Notes: generated by a model from the letters alone, not told the origin. Counted from the first letter of the stretch, positions 39,231-54,777 are shown. The stretch: DNA of 64,000 nt from Eledone cirrhosa (GCA_964016885.1 OZ024747.1:20460001-20524000), one strand, 5' to 3'. Numbers and translations are program-made.

Positions 39231-41354
39231 TCCAAATTTAAAATATTAAAATATTAGAATTGAAATATAATATCATTCCTAGAATTTCTGTTGTCCACTT
39301 TTTATCTCATCTCTCTGTTGGAGAGGCATTAAACGAATCTACCTCAGAATATATCCCTGCTCAGCAAAATATCTCATTGTTTACGTTTCAATAACTACTA
39401 GTATTTGTTTTCGAGTTAGTTCATTAAAAATATACATAGACAAACATTGTGTCATGTTTATCACACAAGATTATGAGTATGAATATAAAATAACAATTTA
39501 TTTTGAGGTACTGTATACATCAAGCTGAATTGAGATTTAAAAATCATACGAACGAGGTTTTAATTGAACAATCTTATTTTTACTTTCTTCACATCTTATT
39601 GAATATTATTTACGTACGTAAACATTAATATAATTAAAATTGTGAAAGTTAATTACTTTGAAAGTGGAATATGAATTTATTCTGAAGGATTCTATAAATA
39701 AAGTTGAATAAAAGTTTAGTGTTTTTAATAAAATAGTATTTAATGATTTCTGGAAATGGTTTTGACATCAGAATATCTTTCTCATAATTTACAGTATTAG
39801 ACAAATATTACTGAAAGCGAAAGAAAGTATGGAATTACTCAAACATTTAAACTTTAAAGCCGAATTTAAGATAGTTAAATTTAAATTGTGTTTAGGTATT
39901 TCACCGAAGCAATCGAATTTTGACCACATTCCTTTTTCTATCCAAGAACGATAAAGAGTGCTTTCACTATCTTTATTTCCGACTCTGCTCTAAAACTACA
40001 GCGTTCACAAGGTATTGACGAGAAATATTGAAATTATTTTCCGCTCAGATATTAGATATAGTTAGTCCGTTGAATCTTGCCCAATTATAGATACATAAAT
40101 ATTACCTTGAGACATTTTGTCTACATTTAAATGGTATTAATTCAAATTAATGTATAATTGAATTTGAATACAGATTTAAATCTCACGAACATGCGAATTC
40201 AATATATTAGTTTTATTGTTGTTTTCGTTATGTGATTAATATTCCGAGCTCGGATGGCACTTTTCAAGCATAGTGAAACAGCAACGTAGAATATAACGTT
40301 TAATAAACATTAAGGGCACAACAAAATAGATGTTTTTGAATATCGCAGCCGATGTGTAAATGTTCGAATTCATATAGTAGATAGATATGCTTGAATATCT
40401 TGTTATACAGTTATCTTTTACAATTTACTGCTCTTCAACAAAACGAAGGCATTCTCAGCAGATTAACAACAAACACATTCTTTCGAGTAATATTCCCCAG
40501 AGTTCTTAAACGTCGTCAGTTTGCTGAATACTCTCGACATTAGAGTGTCATAATGAAAAATGAGAATCGAAGAAATTATAGAGGAAAGGTTACAAATTAT
40601 TACGGCATGGGTGTGAAAATATCAGCTACCGTATATTCAGGACAAAATGAAAAGAAATTGTGAATTCCAATATTTACTAATAGTAAGGCCTCATTTTATT
40701 CCATTTAGTACGTCTCTACGGTTTTACTGCTTTGTGAATTGGTTCCCTTTGTGGTTTAGTGTTGGTGTGTATATTATAACACAAATGACCATAGGAAAAT
40801 TTAAGCATTGCAATTATAAAATCTCAAACTTCATATCAGTATAAGACTGTATTGCTATTACTGTAATTTGTTTCAATAAATTTGTTTTATATATTTTTTT
40901 CGACACTACCCAGCACTGTTCTCTGTGTATTTATTATGCTCAATATTTTTGGTTTTTATGATGAATTTTCTGTTGTATTTTCTGAAGCTGGACATATATG
41001 GCAGTTACTGTATTCTCCAACATTATATAATTCTGATGGTTTCTAGTGAGAGATTCATTTAATTCGATGTAAAGTAAGTCTCCTTCCAAAACACCTAAAG
41101 GAATGACTAATGGAAAAATATTACAAATAGAGCTATTGAAAAGTGAAAGGAAGTATGATTATAAAATTAATACTTGTTATTTAAATTAAATCGAAGTAAA
41201 ATAAAATAAAAAAAAAGATTTATAATCACTGGTATTGTATATTAAAGAGAATTATATACGGAAAGTAGAAAGGCAAACTGACTTCAGGGAACGCAGGGAA
41301 CAGAGAACGTAAAACAAATCAAAAACTAATTACTGTAATGTACATTGTTGTACG

Positions 41355-41490
41355 AATTGGCAGAATCGTTAGAATGATTTATGATATTCGATTCGGCTCT
41401 CTACTCTCTGGGTTCAAATCCATCCGAGGTCAACTTTGCCTTTCATCCATTCAGGCTCGATAAAAAGATTACCAGTTTAATACTGGGGTC
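41355..41490 (+). mobile_element. Diverged SINE
   Basis: TGGCAGAATCG, GGGTTCAAATC, CTTTGCCTTTCATCC. Confidence 0.75.
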
Positions 41491-42313
41491 CATTCTTCCT
41501 CTGTATCTCTTTATCACTTCCATTCTCTCAATCTCTAATCCTTCTCAAGAAGAAATCTGCTGTATTCAGACCTGGAGAGGAGATGGGCTCCATCAGATTT
41601 TAAAATGCCCTAGATATGCTGTATGTCAATACGGTGCCCTTACGATTCCCTTAAGTGTTACGGAACTAAAGAAAGAAAGACACTATTGTAAAAACTTATC
41701 TTAAGTATGATACTATTATTACTGAATAAACAACCCATTAGTGTCAACCTTTTAGCCTGTAAATGGTCATTTGCTCGAATAGAAAAAGCTGCCAAATTTC
41801 TTCCAAAACAAACTCAATCATTTTTAAACTTAGACAATAGAATATTCGATTATGTAATCCTAAATATATTATGTCTGACAAAGAAAAAGAATGACTCCGT
41901 AGACATAGCTATGGTATCATTGATAATAGCCGACATAGCCGACATAGGGTTAAAACAACAAAAATTATAAAACATATATATATATTTTTTTATATTAATT
42001 TAATAGATTCGCACTCTGACTCAACAACACATATATTATTACACAAATATTGTCAGCTATTTTATTGGTTGTTTTTCCAGTAAATTTATTTCTGTTTATT
42101 GCAGTTTATTGACTATGAGATGTTGGCTTGGAGTCTTATAATAAGAAGGATGAAAATGATAGTTTGTTATGGATGGCTAAGCAAATATATGAGATGAGAG
42201 TAAATATCTGCTAAGGCAGCTAGATATATGTTAAAGTAGTTGAAATGGGTGGTGCATACATACATATAGACACACATACATATATATATATATAGACACA
42301 CATACATAATACA

Positions 42314-42346
<33 letters not shown>

Positions 42347-42778
42347 GTATACATACACACGCGCATACATACACATATACATACATGTATACATACATAA
42401 TTCATGCATACATACATTCATCCATACATTAATACATATATACATACATTAATATATACATACATAAATAAATAAATATATACATACACAGAAATAAATG
42501 TGGGAGGATGTTTATTAACATATATGTATACATACGTGTGTCTTAGTGTGGTTGTTTACTATATACCTATATATACACATATATGCGTTAATGTTTATTT
42601 ACAAATAACTGTCATATATATTCATACGTTCGCTCAACAATACGTAGCTCCTTACGTTTCTCCACGTTACGTCTCCACGTTACGTCTTCGTAGTGGTATT
42701 GCATTATATATGTATATATATGTATATATATACATATATATATGTATCTATGTGTACATGCACACACACACACATATA

Positions 42779-42839
<61 letters not shown>

Positions 42840-42881
42840 ATAATATACATATATATATACATGTATATATATATAATATAC

Positions 42882-42939
<58 letters not shown>

Positions 42940-42951
42940 TATACATATATA

Positions 42952-43025
<74 letters not shown>

Positions 43026-44011
43026 ATATGCTTCTAGCTTCTATTGCATTCCCCTTCCCTAAAAATTGTAACCAATTCATATATGTAGATTTTGAGAAAA
43101 ATATAAATTGATTATGTGAAATTGAATTTCGGAAGTCTACAACAAATTACTCTTAAACGTTCTGATAAATGCATCTGCAGACATATTTTGATGCACATTT
43201 TATGTCGACAAACATTGTTGCAAATTAACTATGCCAAATCTGTGTGGAGCATTCATGAAAATATTTCCCGTGTAATATCGGCAATGCCAAGAAATTAGTA
43301 ATTAACTATACTTTTATAGTTATTAACTATACTTGTAGATGCTTCTCTCATATCTATAAGTCAGTGGTAAAACAATACACACATGCAAATTGTAAAAAAA
43401 AAAATTATGTTAAGCTGTTTGATGAATTGTTATGAAATTCATATCTTATGCGAAGTTATTTTTCTCTTAATATGTTCATAGGGTTTATAATTCAAATTAC
43501 GTAAATTATTTCCTAAATCTATATTTAAAGTTATGGCATCTTCGATTTCGTACACTGTTTATTTGTACTATTCCCCATGGATTATAAGATTATTCATAAT
43601 TTAGTCTCAACATATGTTAATGCTTTAAATTTCACTCTCTTTTCATGTGTACGAAATATAGTCTCATTCTTATAACTTTCAAAACATTGTTTTCTCATAA
43701 ATTGTTATGCTTACGTGAAGGCTGTATTAACTATTGTAATATGAATAAATGTTCTATGTGCTTAATTATATTATGTTGCATGAATAAATATTGTGTTTGC
43801 AATTACTTCTCTTTCATTTTGAATTCAACTTTTTCTTTCTGTGAATTACAAATATACAAATAGAATTTATCTGATGGAATATTCTGTTACCAAACTCTTC
43901 CTAGAAATTAATCAAATTACTACCTGGAAATGGTTCACAACTACTGATATATATATATATATATATATATTTGCATACATACTCACACACACACATATAT
44001 ATGTATAAGCG

Positions 44012-44043
<32 letters not shown>

Positions 44044-44085
44044 CATATATATATATATGTATGCATATATATATATGTATGCATA

Positions 44086-44117
<32 letters not shown>

Positions 44118-44128
44118 AATATATACAT

Positions 44129-44198
<70 letters not shown>

Positions 44199-44400
44199 AT
44201 AATCGAATATTATATTATAATTATTATTTATTGGGTTCCGCTTATGCATGCACAATGTCACAATTTAAAAAATAATGAACGAAAACGTTTTACAAAACGC
44301 GCTATCAACATACACTCAAAAGCATAATTCATCTTCATCTGTTACAACGAGACGTATTGAACATACTCCCCATAATTTTACAGTTAAGTAGCAACAAACA

Positions 44401-44498
<98 letters not shown>

Positions 44499-44532
44499 TA
44501 TACATAAATGTGAGGACATGCATATGGACATT

Positions 44533-44636
<104 letters not shown>

Positions 44637-44819
44637 GGAACCAGTAAAACCCCGACGGCTGAGCTCACCGTTTCGACGTTTAATTCTGGAATTAGCCGTC
44701 GAAACGGCTTGAGCTCTGCCGTCGGGGTCTTACTGGTTCCTATTACCCACTCTACTACCCTAAGTATTGAGTACTTTGGTGCGTTATGGTCCACCTGGTT
44801 CCTTACCACATTTCCTTCG

Positions 44820-44887
<68 letters not shown>

Positions 44888-45085
44888 AAGAAGGTGTGGT
44901 AAGATACCAGGTGGACCATAACGCACCATAGTACTCAATACTTAGGGTAGTAGAGTGGGTAACAGGAAAAGAGTCAGGACCCCGACGGCTGAGTTCCGGC
45001 CGTTTCGGCAGCTAGATCCGAACTCAGTTTGGATCTAGCTTTCGAAACGACGGGAGCTCAGCCGTCGGGGTCCTGACTCTTTTCC
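44637..45085. mobile_element. Two solo palindromic Naiad-like pLTR-end elements in opposite orientation around (TA)n
   Basis: 44637-44820 and 44884-45085. Each folds back around the GAAACGGC..GAGCTC..GCCGTCGGGGTC motif and shares the tail seen at 31313-31395. Confidence 0.82.
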
Positions 45086-45094
45086 TATATATAG

Positions 45095-45199
<105 letters not shown>

Positions 45200-45940
45200 C
45201 GTGTATGTATATATAACCACTAGTGTTAAACAGCCTATCATGAAGGCAATTAAAATGATAATAATCGACAATAATTGATAATAATTGATAATAATGTCCA
45301 TCATATACACGTAGCAAATGGCAAAACATTCGAGTGAAATGAAACATCGGATATAAACAATTGAAGAAGAAGAAGAAGAAGAAGAAGAAGAAGAAGAAGA
45401 AGAAGAAGAAGAAGAATGTATTGTAAGCTAACCGCCCCTAGCCATGTTTGATTTTTTTCTTCCTATACGATGGTAATGATTAACTAATAAACAATCAAAT
45501 AAAAAAAATATATCTGATGAGGAGCGAATATCTGGATAAAACGTGGGCGGGTCTTTTTCATTATACACATAAATCATATATAGCAGAAAGAAAACAAGAA
45601 AAGTTAATCCCTCGAACATTGTCATAAAGCACTGCAAGTCAAGACTTGTAAACTGATCGATAGAAATATTACTTGCACCATCAGATATCAATATATTTAT
45701 GAAAACGACTGGAAACACTTTCTTATATACATTAATGGAAATCAAATCAAGAAAATGTAAAGAATGGTAACTGTAAATGGTTTTTGTTTTCATATATAAA
45801 TATGTGCCCGTAACTTTTGGTGGTTTCGAAGTGGCCTGTCGTGACATTCATTGTATCTAGGGCACTTTAAACTTGGTCCAGGAATTTTGCTTGGCAGGCT
45901 TGGACATAGTTGATTCCCTCCAGAGGAGATAGAGAGACAT

Positions 45941-45978
<38 letters not shown>

Positions 45979-45984
<6 letters not shown>

Positions 45985-46231
45985 ATTATGTAATAAACAA
46001 CATAAGGCAATTATTCCATTTACCAGTGGTTTCTTAAAAGCAAAAGGTTTTGCTTTCAATCCTCAGAATGAAAAATCCTGGTTTGTTTATTGAATATGGA
46101 TTCTAAGAATCCATATTCAATAAACAAACCAGGATTTTTCATTCTGAGGATTGAAAGCAAAACCTTTTGCTTTTAAGAAACCACTGGTAAATGGAATAAT
46201 TGCCTTATGTTGTTTATTACATAATAATAAT
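45979..46231. repeat. Perfect 126-bp-arm palindrome carrying an HHR on each strand
   Basis: Centre at 46105 (GGATTCT-A-AGAATCC). HHR at 46137-46196 (+) and its mirror (-). Confidence 0.9.
46137..46196 (+). ncRNA. Type I HHR motif, canonical core
   Basis: TTCATT-CTGAGGA-TTGAAAGCAAAA-cc-TTTTGCTTTTAA-GAAA-CCACTGG-TA-AATGGA. Confidence 0.85.
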
Positions 46232-46295
46232 AATTAAGCTCTGTTGCTTACATAGAGCACTCTTTTTTCCTGGACTTTTCCGATGGAATTACTTC

Positions 46296-46333
<38 letters not shown>

Positions 46334-46655
46334 TTAATTATACTATTTATGGTTATGTAAATACAAAAACTTTTTGCAGTTATATATATTTTTATACAAA
46401 CCCTAAATAGTGGTAGGCAGTAATGTATTACTACCTTATTACCAGTAAGTTAAGTAGCTCAATGTAAAAACATCAGATGATTTACAGAGCAGTTATATGA
46501 AATATTGATTGTATCTTTTAATATGAATGTAAATCTCTAAGTGTGTACTGCCATTCTAAATGCTGTAATGAATGTTGACCCACAATATTTGCATATGTAT
46601 CTGTATGTCTCTTGGGTGAAAAGGAGGTCATATAAGTGTTCATTCATTAATAAAT

Positions 46656-46702
46656 TGCTCCGAAGAATCCAAACCTCGGTTTGGAGGAAACAGTTGTAAG
46701 CA
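46656..46702 (+). ncRNA. Type I HHR motif, U4C variant
   Basis: TGCT-CCGAAGA-a-TCCAAACC-tc-GGTTTGGA-g-GAAA-CAGTTG-TA-AGCA, within a TA-bounded unit (46331-46750) related to 53110-53420. Confidence 0.78.
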
Positions 46703-46742
46703 TAAAAATGTTTTGAACGGTTCTTTGATTCTTATATTTCAT

Positions 46743-46850
<108 letters not shown>

Positions 46851-47014
46851 GGAGTTAGAATGTCATATAGAGGAAACATTGAAACTCGTACTCCTCTGGT
46901 ACATATGTTTCGACTACAAAAGAATGAGAAATAATGGTGACAGTGGCAAGATTTGAACTCAGGCAGCGATGACAGCCAGAACGGATACCACAAAACATTG
47001 TAACCGAGTTTCTA

Positions 47015-47290
47015 ATGAGAGAAGACTGCGATGGTATGGACAAGTGACGCGCATGGAGGATGACTGCTGGGTAAAGAAGTGCCAAGAAATGCCAGTAGAA
47101 GGAAGACGCAGTAGAGGAAGACCATGAAAAATACGGGCGGAGGTGGTGAGAGCGGACCTCAGAATGCTGAAGCTTATGGAAGAGATGACGAAGGACCGTG
47201 ACAAGTGGAGAGATGCTGTGCTGAATAGGACCCGTCCCAACCTTGCAAGCAGAGAAAAGCGGACGTAAAATGATGAGGATGATGATAATG
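47015..47290 (+). mobile_element. RTE-clade LINE 3' fragment
   Basis: RRLRWYGQVTRM...VEGRRSRGRP*...DRDKWR followed by a (TGA)n-like tail. Confidence 0.85.
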
Positions 47291-47840
47291 AATGCCTATA
47301 CGATGCACATTTTTGTCCTTATATATAACGTGATTATTGCAAAATAAAAAGTAAGCAAAACTTTCAAGTTTTCCTTCAGAAAGATTCTCTGTATAGAACA
47401 TTTGCTATATAGAAAATCACTTTTGAATTTAATATTTTCTAAACAATATTATGCATAGTACACAGTAGATGCGATGCCCACAGAACGATTTGTTATAATT
47501 CGCCTTTACAAAGTGCATTATTTCAAGTTGAAGTTTAGCATAAAGAATCTTAGTTGTGGCTTGTGCAGTTAAATATTCATTAAAAACAACAGAAGGCCAG
47601 ACTGGAAACTTTCTTTAAAATATTGGTTTACCTGCTGGAATCTTCCTCCAATCACGTCCTTAAAAAGGGAGAGTACGTTGGTTGTTTCAACCCTTATTAG
47701 ACTATGTCTAAAAATGTGAGATATACTGTTTACAGCTAGAACTGTTTTTCATACTATATGAATCATTTCTTACCTGGGTGTAGGAACAATAGTTATGGGA
47801 ATGATATTTTTATTACTTAGATTTTCTCTTCAGTAATAAT

Positions 47841-48040
47841 GGTTTGTGATTTTTCGGGAGGGGAAAGTCGATTAAATTGATTCCAGTACGTTACTCGTAC
47901 TTTATTTTATCGACCCCGTAAGGATGAAAAGAAAAGTTAACCTCGGCGGGATTTGAACTCAGGAATTTACCGTAAAGGACCGTAATTCTATGCTGCAAAG
48001 CATGGTGTCCTACTCTCTACCGATACTGCTAATACATCGC
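47841..48040 (-). mobile_element. SINE with TSD TTCAGTAATAAT
   Basis: TSD at 47829-47840 and 48045-48056. Confidence 0.88.
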
Positions 48041-49278
48041 CCTTTTCAGTAATAATTATGATTTATGACATCGACATAGCACAACGCATGGCTGTAATTG
48101 TTTTAATGAACTGTAGCATTGTTTTATCAATCGTAAAAATGAAATAGATCGTCAGACTCGGTAGGAAATTAATTTAGAACAATGGAACTTCGGCAAAACT
48201 ATTTGTCTATCACTCGGACAATTCTATCCCGGGCCGTCCTTTAGTAGATATAATGAAATAACCAAAAGGAATCAAGAAGGTTTGTGATGAGAAAGAAGAT
48301 CATAGAGAAATGAGAGCAACAAAACTCCAATGAGAACCAGATGCTAGCAATATCCTACATAGGCAATATGTTTTTAATTGTAGTGACTGTATATAATTTC
48401 TCTATAGAGAGATAACAGGCGGGTGAGATTTCGTTTTAGCGTTTTAAATATGGTAGAAGTTTTCTCTTGTTCTGTTCACGGACAGATTGTATATACATTT
48501 GTTGATATTAGACTGATGTGTACATTTACCGACCTACTGCCAGCGAAACCATATATTACTCCAGTAGATTTACTTTCTAGGGCAATTTCAGTATAGAAAA
48601 CGTAGACGCGAAAAGGAATGATTGAAGACGTTTTGAGTAAGATTTGACATTGAATAATGAAAGTAGAAAACTCCAATAAGCCTCATAGCAAAAGGATTTA
48701 ATAAATATAACAAAAGAAAAAAGAATTAACAAAAGAATGTTGAAAATGAATATAAGAAAGAAGGATGAAAATGGAGGACGGCATGGAGAATGAAATAAAA
48801 ATTAATATAACTAGAGTAGCGTTAGATTAAAGATGAATGAACGAGAGAAGATTAAAATGAAGGACTGAAATAGAAATATCAGAAGGAGTCAAATGTCAAA
48901 AGATGGAGTATATATTTGTTATTTTATCAGAGGAGGTACGGCAGTCTAGGCAGTATCTAGAGTCCTCTTCTAAAAAGATGAGGTAAACGTAAAATGACTG
49001 AAAACAAGTAGCAGCCAGGGGTTTAAAGAATAGAATTAGATGTTGAAATTAGAGATAATAAAAAATTGAAATAATGTAAAATTGATATCAGCTAAATAAC
49101 ATGAAATAAAAACGATGAAGGAATATAGAATAAATAAAACTTTCAGGAATTAAAGTAGAAATGAGGGAGGGGGGGGGGGGTAAAGATTGAAAGTAAAACA
49201 AAATGGTGCATTAGACGAAAGAAGAAAGAAAATGATAATTGTGAAACAATGAATTAATAAGAATTAATTAGATTCTAA

Positions 49279-50756
49279 TAATTGTTTCTACTGTTGGCAC
49301 AAGGCCAGCAATTATTCCAGTACATTACTGGTACTTTATTATTTTATCGACCCCGTAAGGATGAAAGCAAAGTTAACCTCAGCGGGATTTGAACTCAGAC
49401 CATAAAGGGCCGTAACTCTTTGCTGCAAAGCAAGGTGTCCGACTCTCTACCGATACTGCCAATCCACATGACAGGGAGATATTAAAGGAAGAGAAATTAC
49501 TATATATGAATGAAAACCAAAGTACGAAGAAAAAAAGAGAAAAACCGAAACAAAACTGAAGACGAAAGGATAAAACAAGATTGAAAGATATATGATAAGA
49601 ACGAAAGAAAGAAATAATAATAAACATAATAATAAATAAATGACAAAAGGTGAAAGAAGAATGAACGAGAAACGATGAAAATAAGAATCGAATGATGAAA
49701 AAAAGAAAATAACAAAAGATGGTCGAAAACAGGTTGGAATGAATGAGTTTGACAAAGGAGCATACACATTATGCGGTGGATTGGCAGTATCGGTAGAGAG
49801 TCGGAACCTATGTTACATCCCTCTACGGTCTGAGTTCAAATCCCGCCGACACTGCCTTTCATCCTTACGGGGTCGATAAAATAAAGTACCAGTATTGCAC
49901 TGGGGTAATTGCTGGCCTTGTGCCAAAAGTAGAAACAATTATGATATAAATGGATAAAAAGGAAGAATAAAAAGTTAATAAAAGAATAAAGAATAAAATG
50001 AAACATGTGTAAACAGAACGAGGAATGAAAAATAGAAATGAAAAAACAAAGAGGAATAGAATGAAAATAAAATAAGATAGACAAAGGATGGAACAAGAAA
50101 TAAGAGGATAGGAGAAGTTAGGAAACAACAGAGTGAAAGAGAAAGTTTGAAAAAATGGAAAAAGAGGTGAGGCAATGAATGAGTGAAAATATTGATAAAA
50201 TAAGAGAATGAAATGAGATCCAAAGATGTACCAAAGAATGAGTATGAAAGAAAATGAGAAATGAGAGAAAGGAGATGGAAAGAAGAATGAAATAGTGGTA
50301 AAAAGAGAATGAGTCTAATATCAATGAAATATGAATGAATAAAATAATCGTTTCTTATATAGGAAAAAGGCCAGTACATTACGGGTGCTTTATTTTATCG
50401 ACCCAGTAAGGATGAAAAGCAAAGTTAACCTTGGCGGGATTTGAACGCAGATCATAAAGGGCCATACATAACACTATGCTGCAAAGAATGGTGTCCGACG
50501 CTCTACCGATACTGCCAATCCATCGTCCTATGAATGAATGTATGAATGAATGAATGAATGAATAAAATAATTGTTTCTACTTTTGGCACAAGGCCAGCAA
50601 TTACCCAGTACATTACTGGTACTTTATTTTATCGATCCCGTAAGGATGAAAGGCAAAGTTAACCTCGGCGGGATTTGAACTCAGAATGGCAAGGGGCGTA
50701 ACTCTATGCGTCAAAGCATGGCGTCCGACCCTCTACCGATACTGCCAATCCACCGC
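49279..50756. mobile_element. Cluster of four SINEs in purine-rich low-complexity DNA
   Basis: 49279-49467 (-), 49773-49941 (+), 50346-50525 (-), 50568-50756 (-). Confidence 0.88.
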
Positions 50757-51283
50757 CGAATGAATGAATAGAATAATAAAAGAAGGTCGATGAAGAAAGA
50801 TGATTTAATGAAAGAAGGGAGAAGAGAATGATACAAACGTGAAATCAAGTAAACAAAATTAAGAAAGATAGAAATATTAGACAAATGACGTAGAACAAGA
50901 AGAAATAAACTAAGATAAAAAATAAAATAACGATTGAAAGAAACAGCAGCAGCAGCAGCAGCAGCAGCAATTATAACGACAAAAACAGCAGCCGTAGCAA
51001 CTACAACAGCAGCAGCAGCAGTTACGATCAATTGAATGCTAAAAGGCTTTTAAGCAATAGAGGAGAATATGTGTGAAAAAGAAAGAAAATAGAAAGATCA
51101 ATATTAAGTAAGGTAAGAAACTAGGATTGTCTCGGCTTTTCGAGTCAGTCAAGCATTGATGTGGAACATGAGCTATTGCAGCGTATTACCCAACTGTGAC
51201 ACAAAAACACTGTATGGTGACGGGGTGTGTAATTGTAGGTGTATGTAGGCCTGTTTGCGAATGGTTGTACACACACATATACG

Positions 51284-51351
<68 letters not shown>

Positions 51352-51739
51352 TATATATATATATATACATATATACATATATATACACATATATATATAT
51401 ATATTTGTGTGTGTGTGTGTGTTTATGTGTGTGTTTGTGTTTTTGTGTGTGTGCCTATGTCTGTGTGAGTGTGCGTGCGTTCACGTCTTCAAATCTATTC
51501 ACATACACTTCAAAGGATGCAACTTAATTGATGTAAACGAAGTACATTTAACTGAGGTTGTGCAATAACTAATCACGAATTAATTAGAACTATGACAAAA
51601 GTTTATGTGAAAAATATGCGACAAACATGAAAAACCAAAATATCCCTGTCCAAAGATGTGAATATATAAACATTGACCTCTTCAATATATTTTATTAACC
51701 GTAGGACATACATAATGAAGCATTCAGTTATATTCATAG

Positions 51740-52200
51740 ACACTCTAAGCACCCTAGACTTATCAGTAAAAACCGAATCCTCTCGAGTAATGAATATAAT
51801 TAGCGGAGTGCATCCCACACTTCAATGACGTCTTGGCCGGTAGTGGTTTTAAGAATGGTTTCTTCTATAGGCACACGGCCAGCAATTTTTTTTTGTGGGG
51901 TAGGGTGGAAGTCGATTAAATCAACCCCATGGCTGACTGGTACTTTATTTCATCGTCCCCGTAATTCTATGCTGCAAAAGCATGGTGTCCGACCCTCTAC
52001 CAATACTGCCAACCCACCGCCCTCAAGGAGTGGTTTTAAGAATAAAATTGATTACCTGTCAGTAATTCACTCCCAGCCCATTAGAAACAAAATCAGAAAA
52101 AGAAATATTACCTGGTATTTATCTCATTTTAATATCCTAATCATAACACCATTTTTCTCTAAACTTCTTTAAACAACTAAATAGCCATTTTCACAGGAAA
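51740..52200 (+). pseudogene. Decayed Naiad-like PLE RT-thumb remnant interrupted by a SINE (51857-52020, -)
   Basis: RILSSNE..FNDVLAGSGFKNKIDY..RKRNITWY parallels RLSANE..YNQALKRSGFREEISY..RSRNVTWF. SINE TSD AGTGGTTTTAAGAAT at 51842-51856 and 52029-52043. Confidence 0.7.
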
Positions 52201-53017
52201 TCCCAAGTATTTCCAAAGATACGTTTCATGGGGGAGATGGCCCGTGATCTAGTTCCCCGAACCACCTCTCTATTCACTGCTCTCGACTCTATATTGGCCA
52301 CCCGATCTTGGAATGGCTATCCTATGAGATTGCACATGCTCTATTCTCTAATCTGGGTTAATTAGGCTGCATGCGATTGGAGTTATGCACATCGGAAAAC
52401 GGTACTCTTCACCGTCCAGCCATATATATTTGTGATAATAATGATTGTGGCCCGTGAATTGTTCGAGTTTCATACCTGATACATGCATACATACATACAT
52501 GCATACATACATACATACATACATACATACATGCATACATACATACATACATACATACATACAATAACATCCATACCTACACATGCATGCATGCAGGCAT
52601 GCATACATATCTACCTAGTTGATGTGTAAATTCTAATGAAAGAGTCTTGTAACTATGTTAGAAACCGACTCTCTCTATTGGAAAAAAAATTGTGAAATTA
52701 TAAAACCGGAAGAACATACATACATTCACACATACATGCATAGATATACTATTCTTTTGTTTTAATGTTTTCAGGTATTGGATTGCGGTCATACTGGAGT
52801 CGCGCGTCTAATAGAGAGGGAAAGGGAGAGAGAGGGGTTATTAATTATGGTCATTAAGACGAAGACAAAATAGTGTACATATTACAGATTTTATGTCCGA
52901 TGTCTAAGCTGAAACTGATTCACATTTTGCTATCGAAATGGGGTAAGCTTAGTCTTGGGGCATAACATTCTATCGTTTCGCCTTTCCTACCAGCCGAAAT
53001 GCGATTCTCGCTGAATC

Positions 53018-53109
<92 letters not shown>

Positions 53110-53116
<7 letters not shown>

Positions 53117-53420
53117 GGATACTATTTATGGCTATGTATATACTAAAACATTTTATAGTTATATATATTTTAAACCCTAAACAGTGAAGGTCAGTAATTT
53201 ATTACTACCTTATTACCAGTAAGATAAATACCTCAATGTAATAACATCAGTTGTTCTACAGAGCAGTTATATAGAATTCACAATAATCAAAGCTATGTTC
53301 AAAGCATTTATTTACTTACAATTGTTTCATCCAAACCCAGGCTTGTGGTCTTCGGAGCATTTTTCAATCTTTGTACACATAATTGACCTCCTTTCCAACG
53401 CAAGAGACATACGGATACAT
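53110..53420. mobile_element. Rearranged copy of the 46331-46750 unit with HHR on the minus strand (53313-53359)
   Basis: Direct similarity over ~160 bp, then an inverted segment reading TGCT-CCGAAGA...GGTTTGGA-T-GAAA-CAATTG-TA-AGTA. Confidence 0.72.
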
Positions 53421-53669
53421 ATATATATATATTGATGTACAGTGGAGTGACATATATTATATTATATTATTTCTGTATAGCAATTCAAATTCAAAGTCAA
53501 AATCAAATTAAAACAAAATTAAAAAAAAATTAAAATACATTCGGCAGTTAACATAGATAATGCAAGAGGATAGTTTGTTAGTCAGATGTAGTAGTTATTG
53601 TATGCATTAGTTACACGTGGGGCATGCACCTGTGTCTCATTTATATATGATTATTGTGTGGCAGGGTGT

Positions 53670-53951
53670 TACATGTAATAGAAGCACTTTAAGCGGATAA
53701 GTAAGAGTATTAAGGAGGTTGTAGTGGTAAGGTATTTTTTGTATATAATAGAAAAGTATGTGTGCAGAAAAATAGAAATAAAAAGGGGAAGCAAAAGAAA
53801 GTTGGATACAAAAACCATAACTTTCTTTTGCTTCTCCTTTTTATTTCTATTTTTTCTGCACAAATACTTTTTTATTATATACAAAAAATACCTTACCACT
53901 ACAACCTCCTTAATACTCTTACTTATCCGCTTAAACTGCTTCTATTACATG
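53670..53951. repeat. Near-perfect inverted repeat (~133 bp arms)
   Basis: 53671-53803 versus 53819-53951 with few mismatches. Confidence 0.9.
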
Positions 53952-54029
53952 CCAAAAAGCAAATCAAGCTAAACAGGTCAAAACAAAATAAATGATAAAA
54001 TTTAAATGATATATATATATACATATATA

Positions 54030-54507
54030 TAAACGTATGTATATGTATAATAAAGCCAAAACAATTCAGGTATGGACATAGAATAAAGAATGCAAATGCA
54101 AAAGATATTGTTGACAATTAGTCTTTTACCTTAGATTTATTTAAATGTCCTTAATTTTCGAGATAATATCTCTTCTTCGGAGGAAAGAAAAGCGGTTAAA
54201 CCAGTGTTCTAAATAGCTTGCCAAGTCATGCTGACAGGAAATCGTATAGAGTATACCATTTCTTGTCAGCATGACTTGGCAAGCTATTTAGAACACTGGT
54301 TTAACCGCTTTACTTCCCTCCGAAGAAGAGATATTATCTCGAAAATTAAGAACATTTAAATAAATCTAAGGTAAAAGACTAATTGTCAACAATATCTTTT
54401 GCATTTGCATTCTTTATTCTATTTCCATACCTGCATTGTTTTGGCTTTATTATACATATACATACGTTTATATCTCATTACACAATGCTTCAAGTGAACT
54501 ATAACTT
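54030..54507. mobile_element. Palindromic solo pLTR of the 7113-8546 PLE family with two opposed HHRs
   Basis: Matches 8293-8546 in both orientations. HHRs at 54148-54184 (-) and 54317-54351 (+). Confidence 0.85.
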
Positions 54508-54513
54508 CCTCCT

Positions 54514-54559
<46 letters not shown>

Positions 54560-54777
54560 TTTTGTGTGTGTGTTTGTGTGGTTATGGAGGAATGTGTGTC
54601 TATTCATATATAGACGGATTCACTTTCGGTTCTCTTACACACATTTCCGTCCACATAAAATGGAGACCCGTGTATAATGCTATTTATGAAATTCTAAAGT
54701 TTGAATTATGTACACAATGTTACTTGATTTGAGTGTTTTCATCGTTTTAAAAAGACATTCGGTGGTTTAGCACATCC

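Noticed and set aside
45510-45550. CTGATGA as an HHR core (also at 4250, 23897, 30864)
   Set aside because: No convincing stem II followed by GAAA and NUH.
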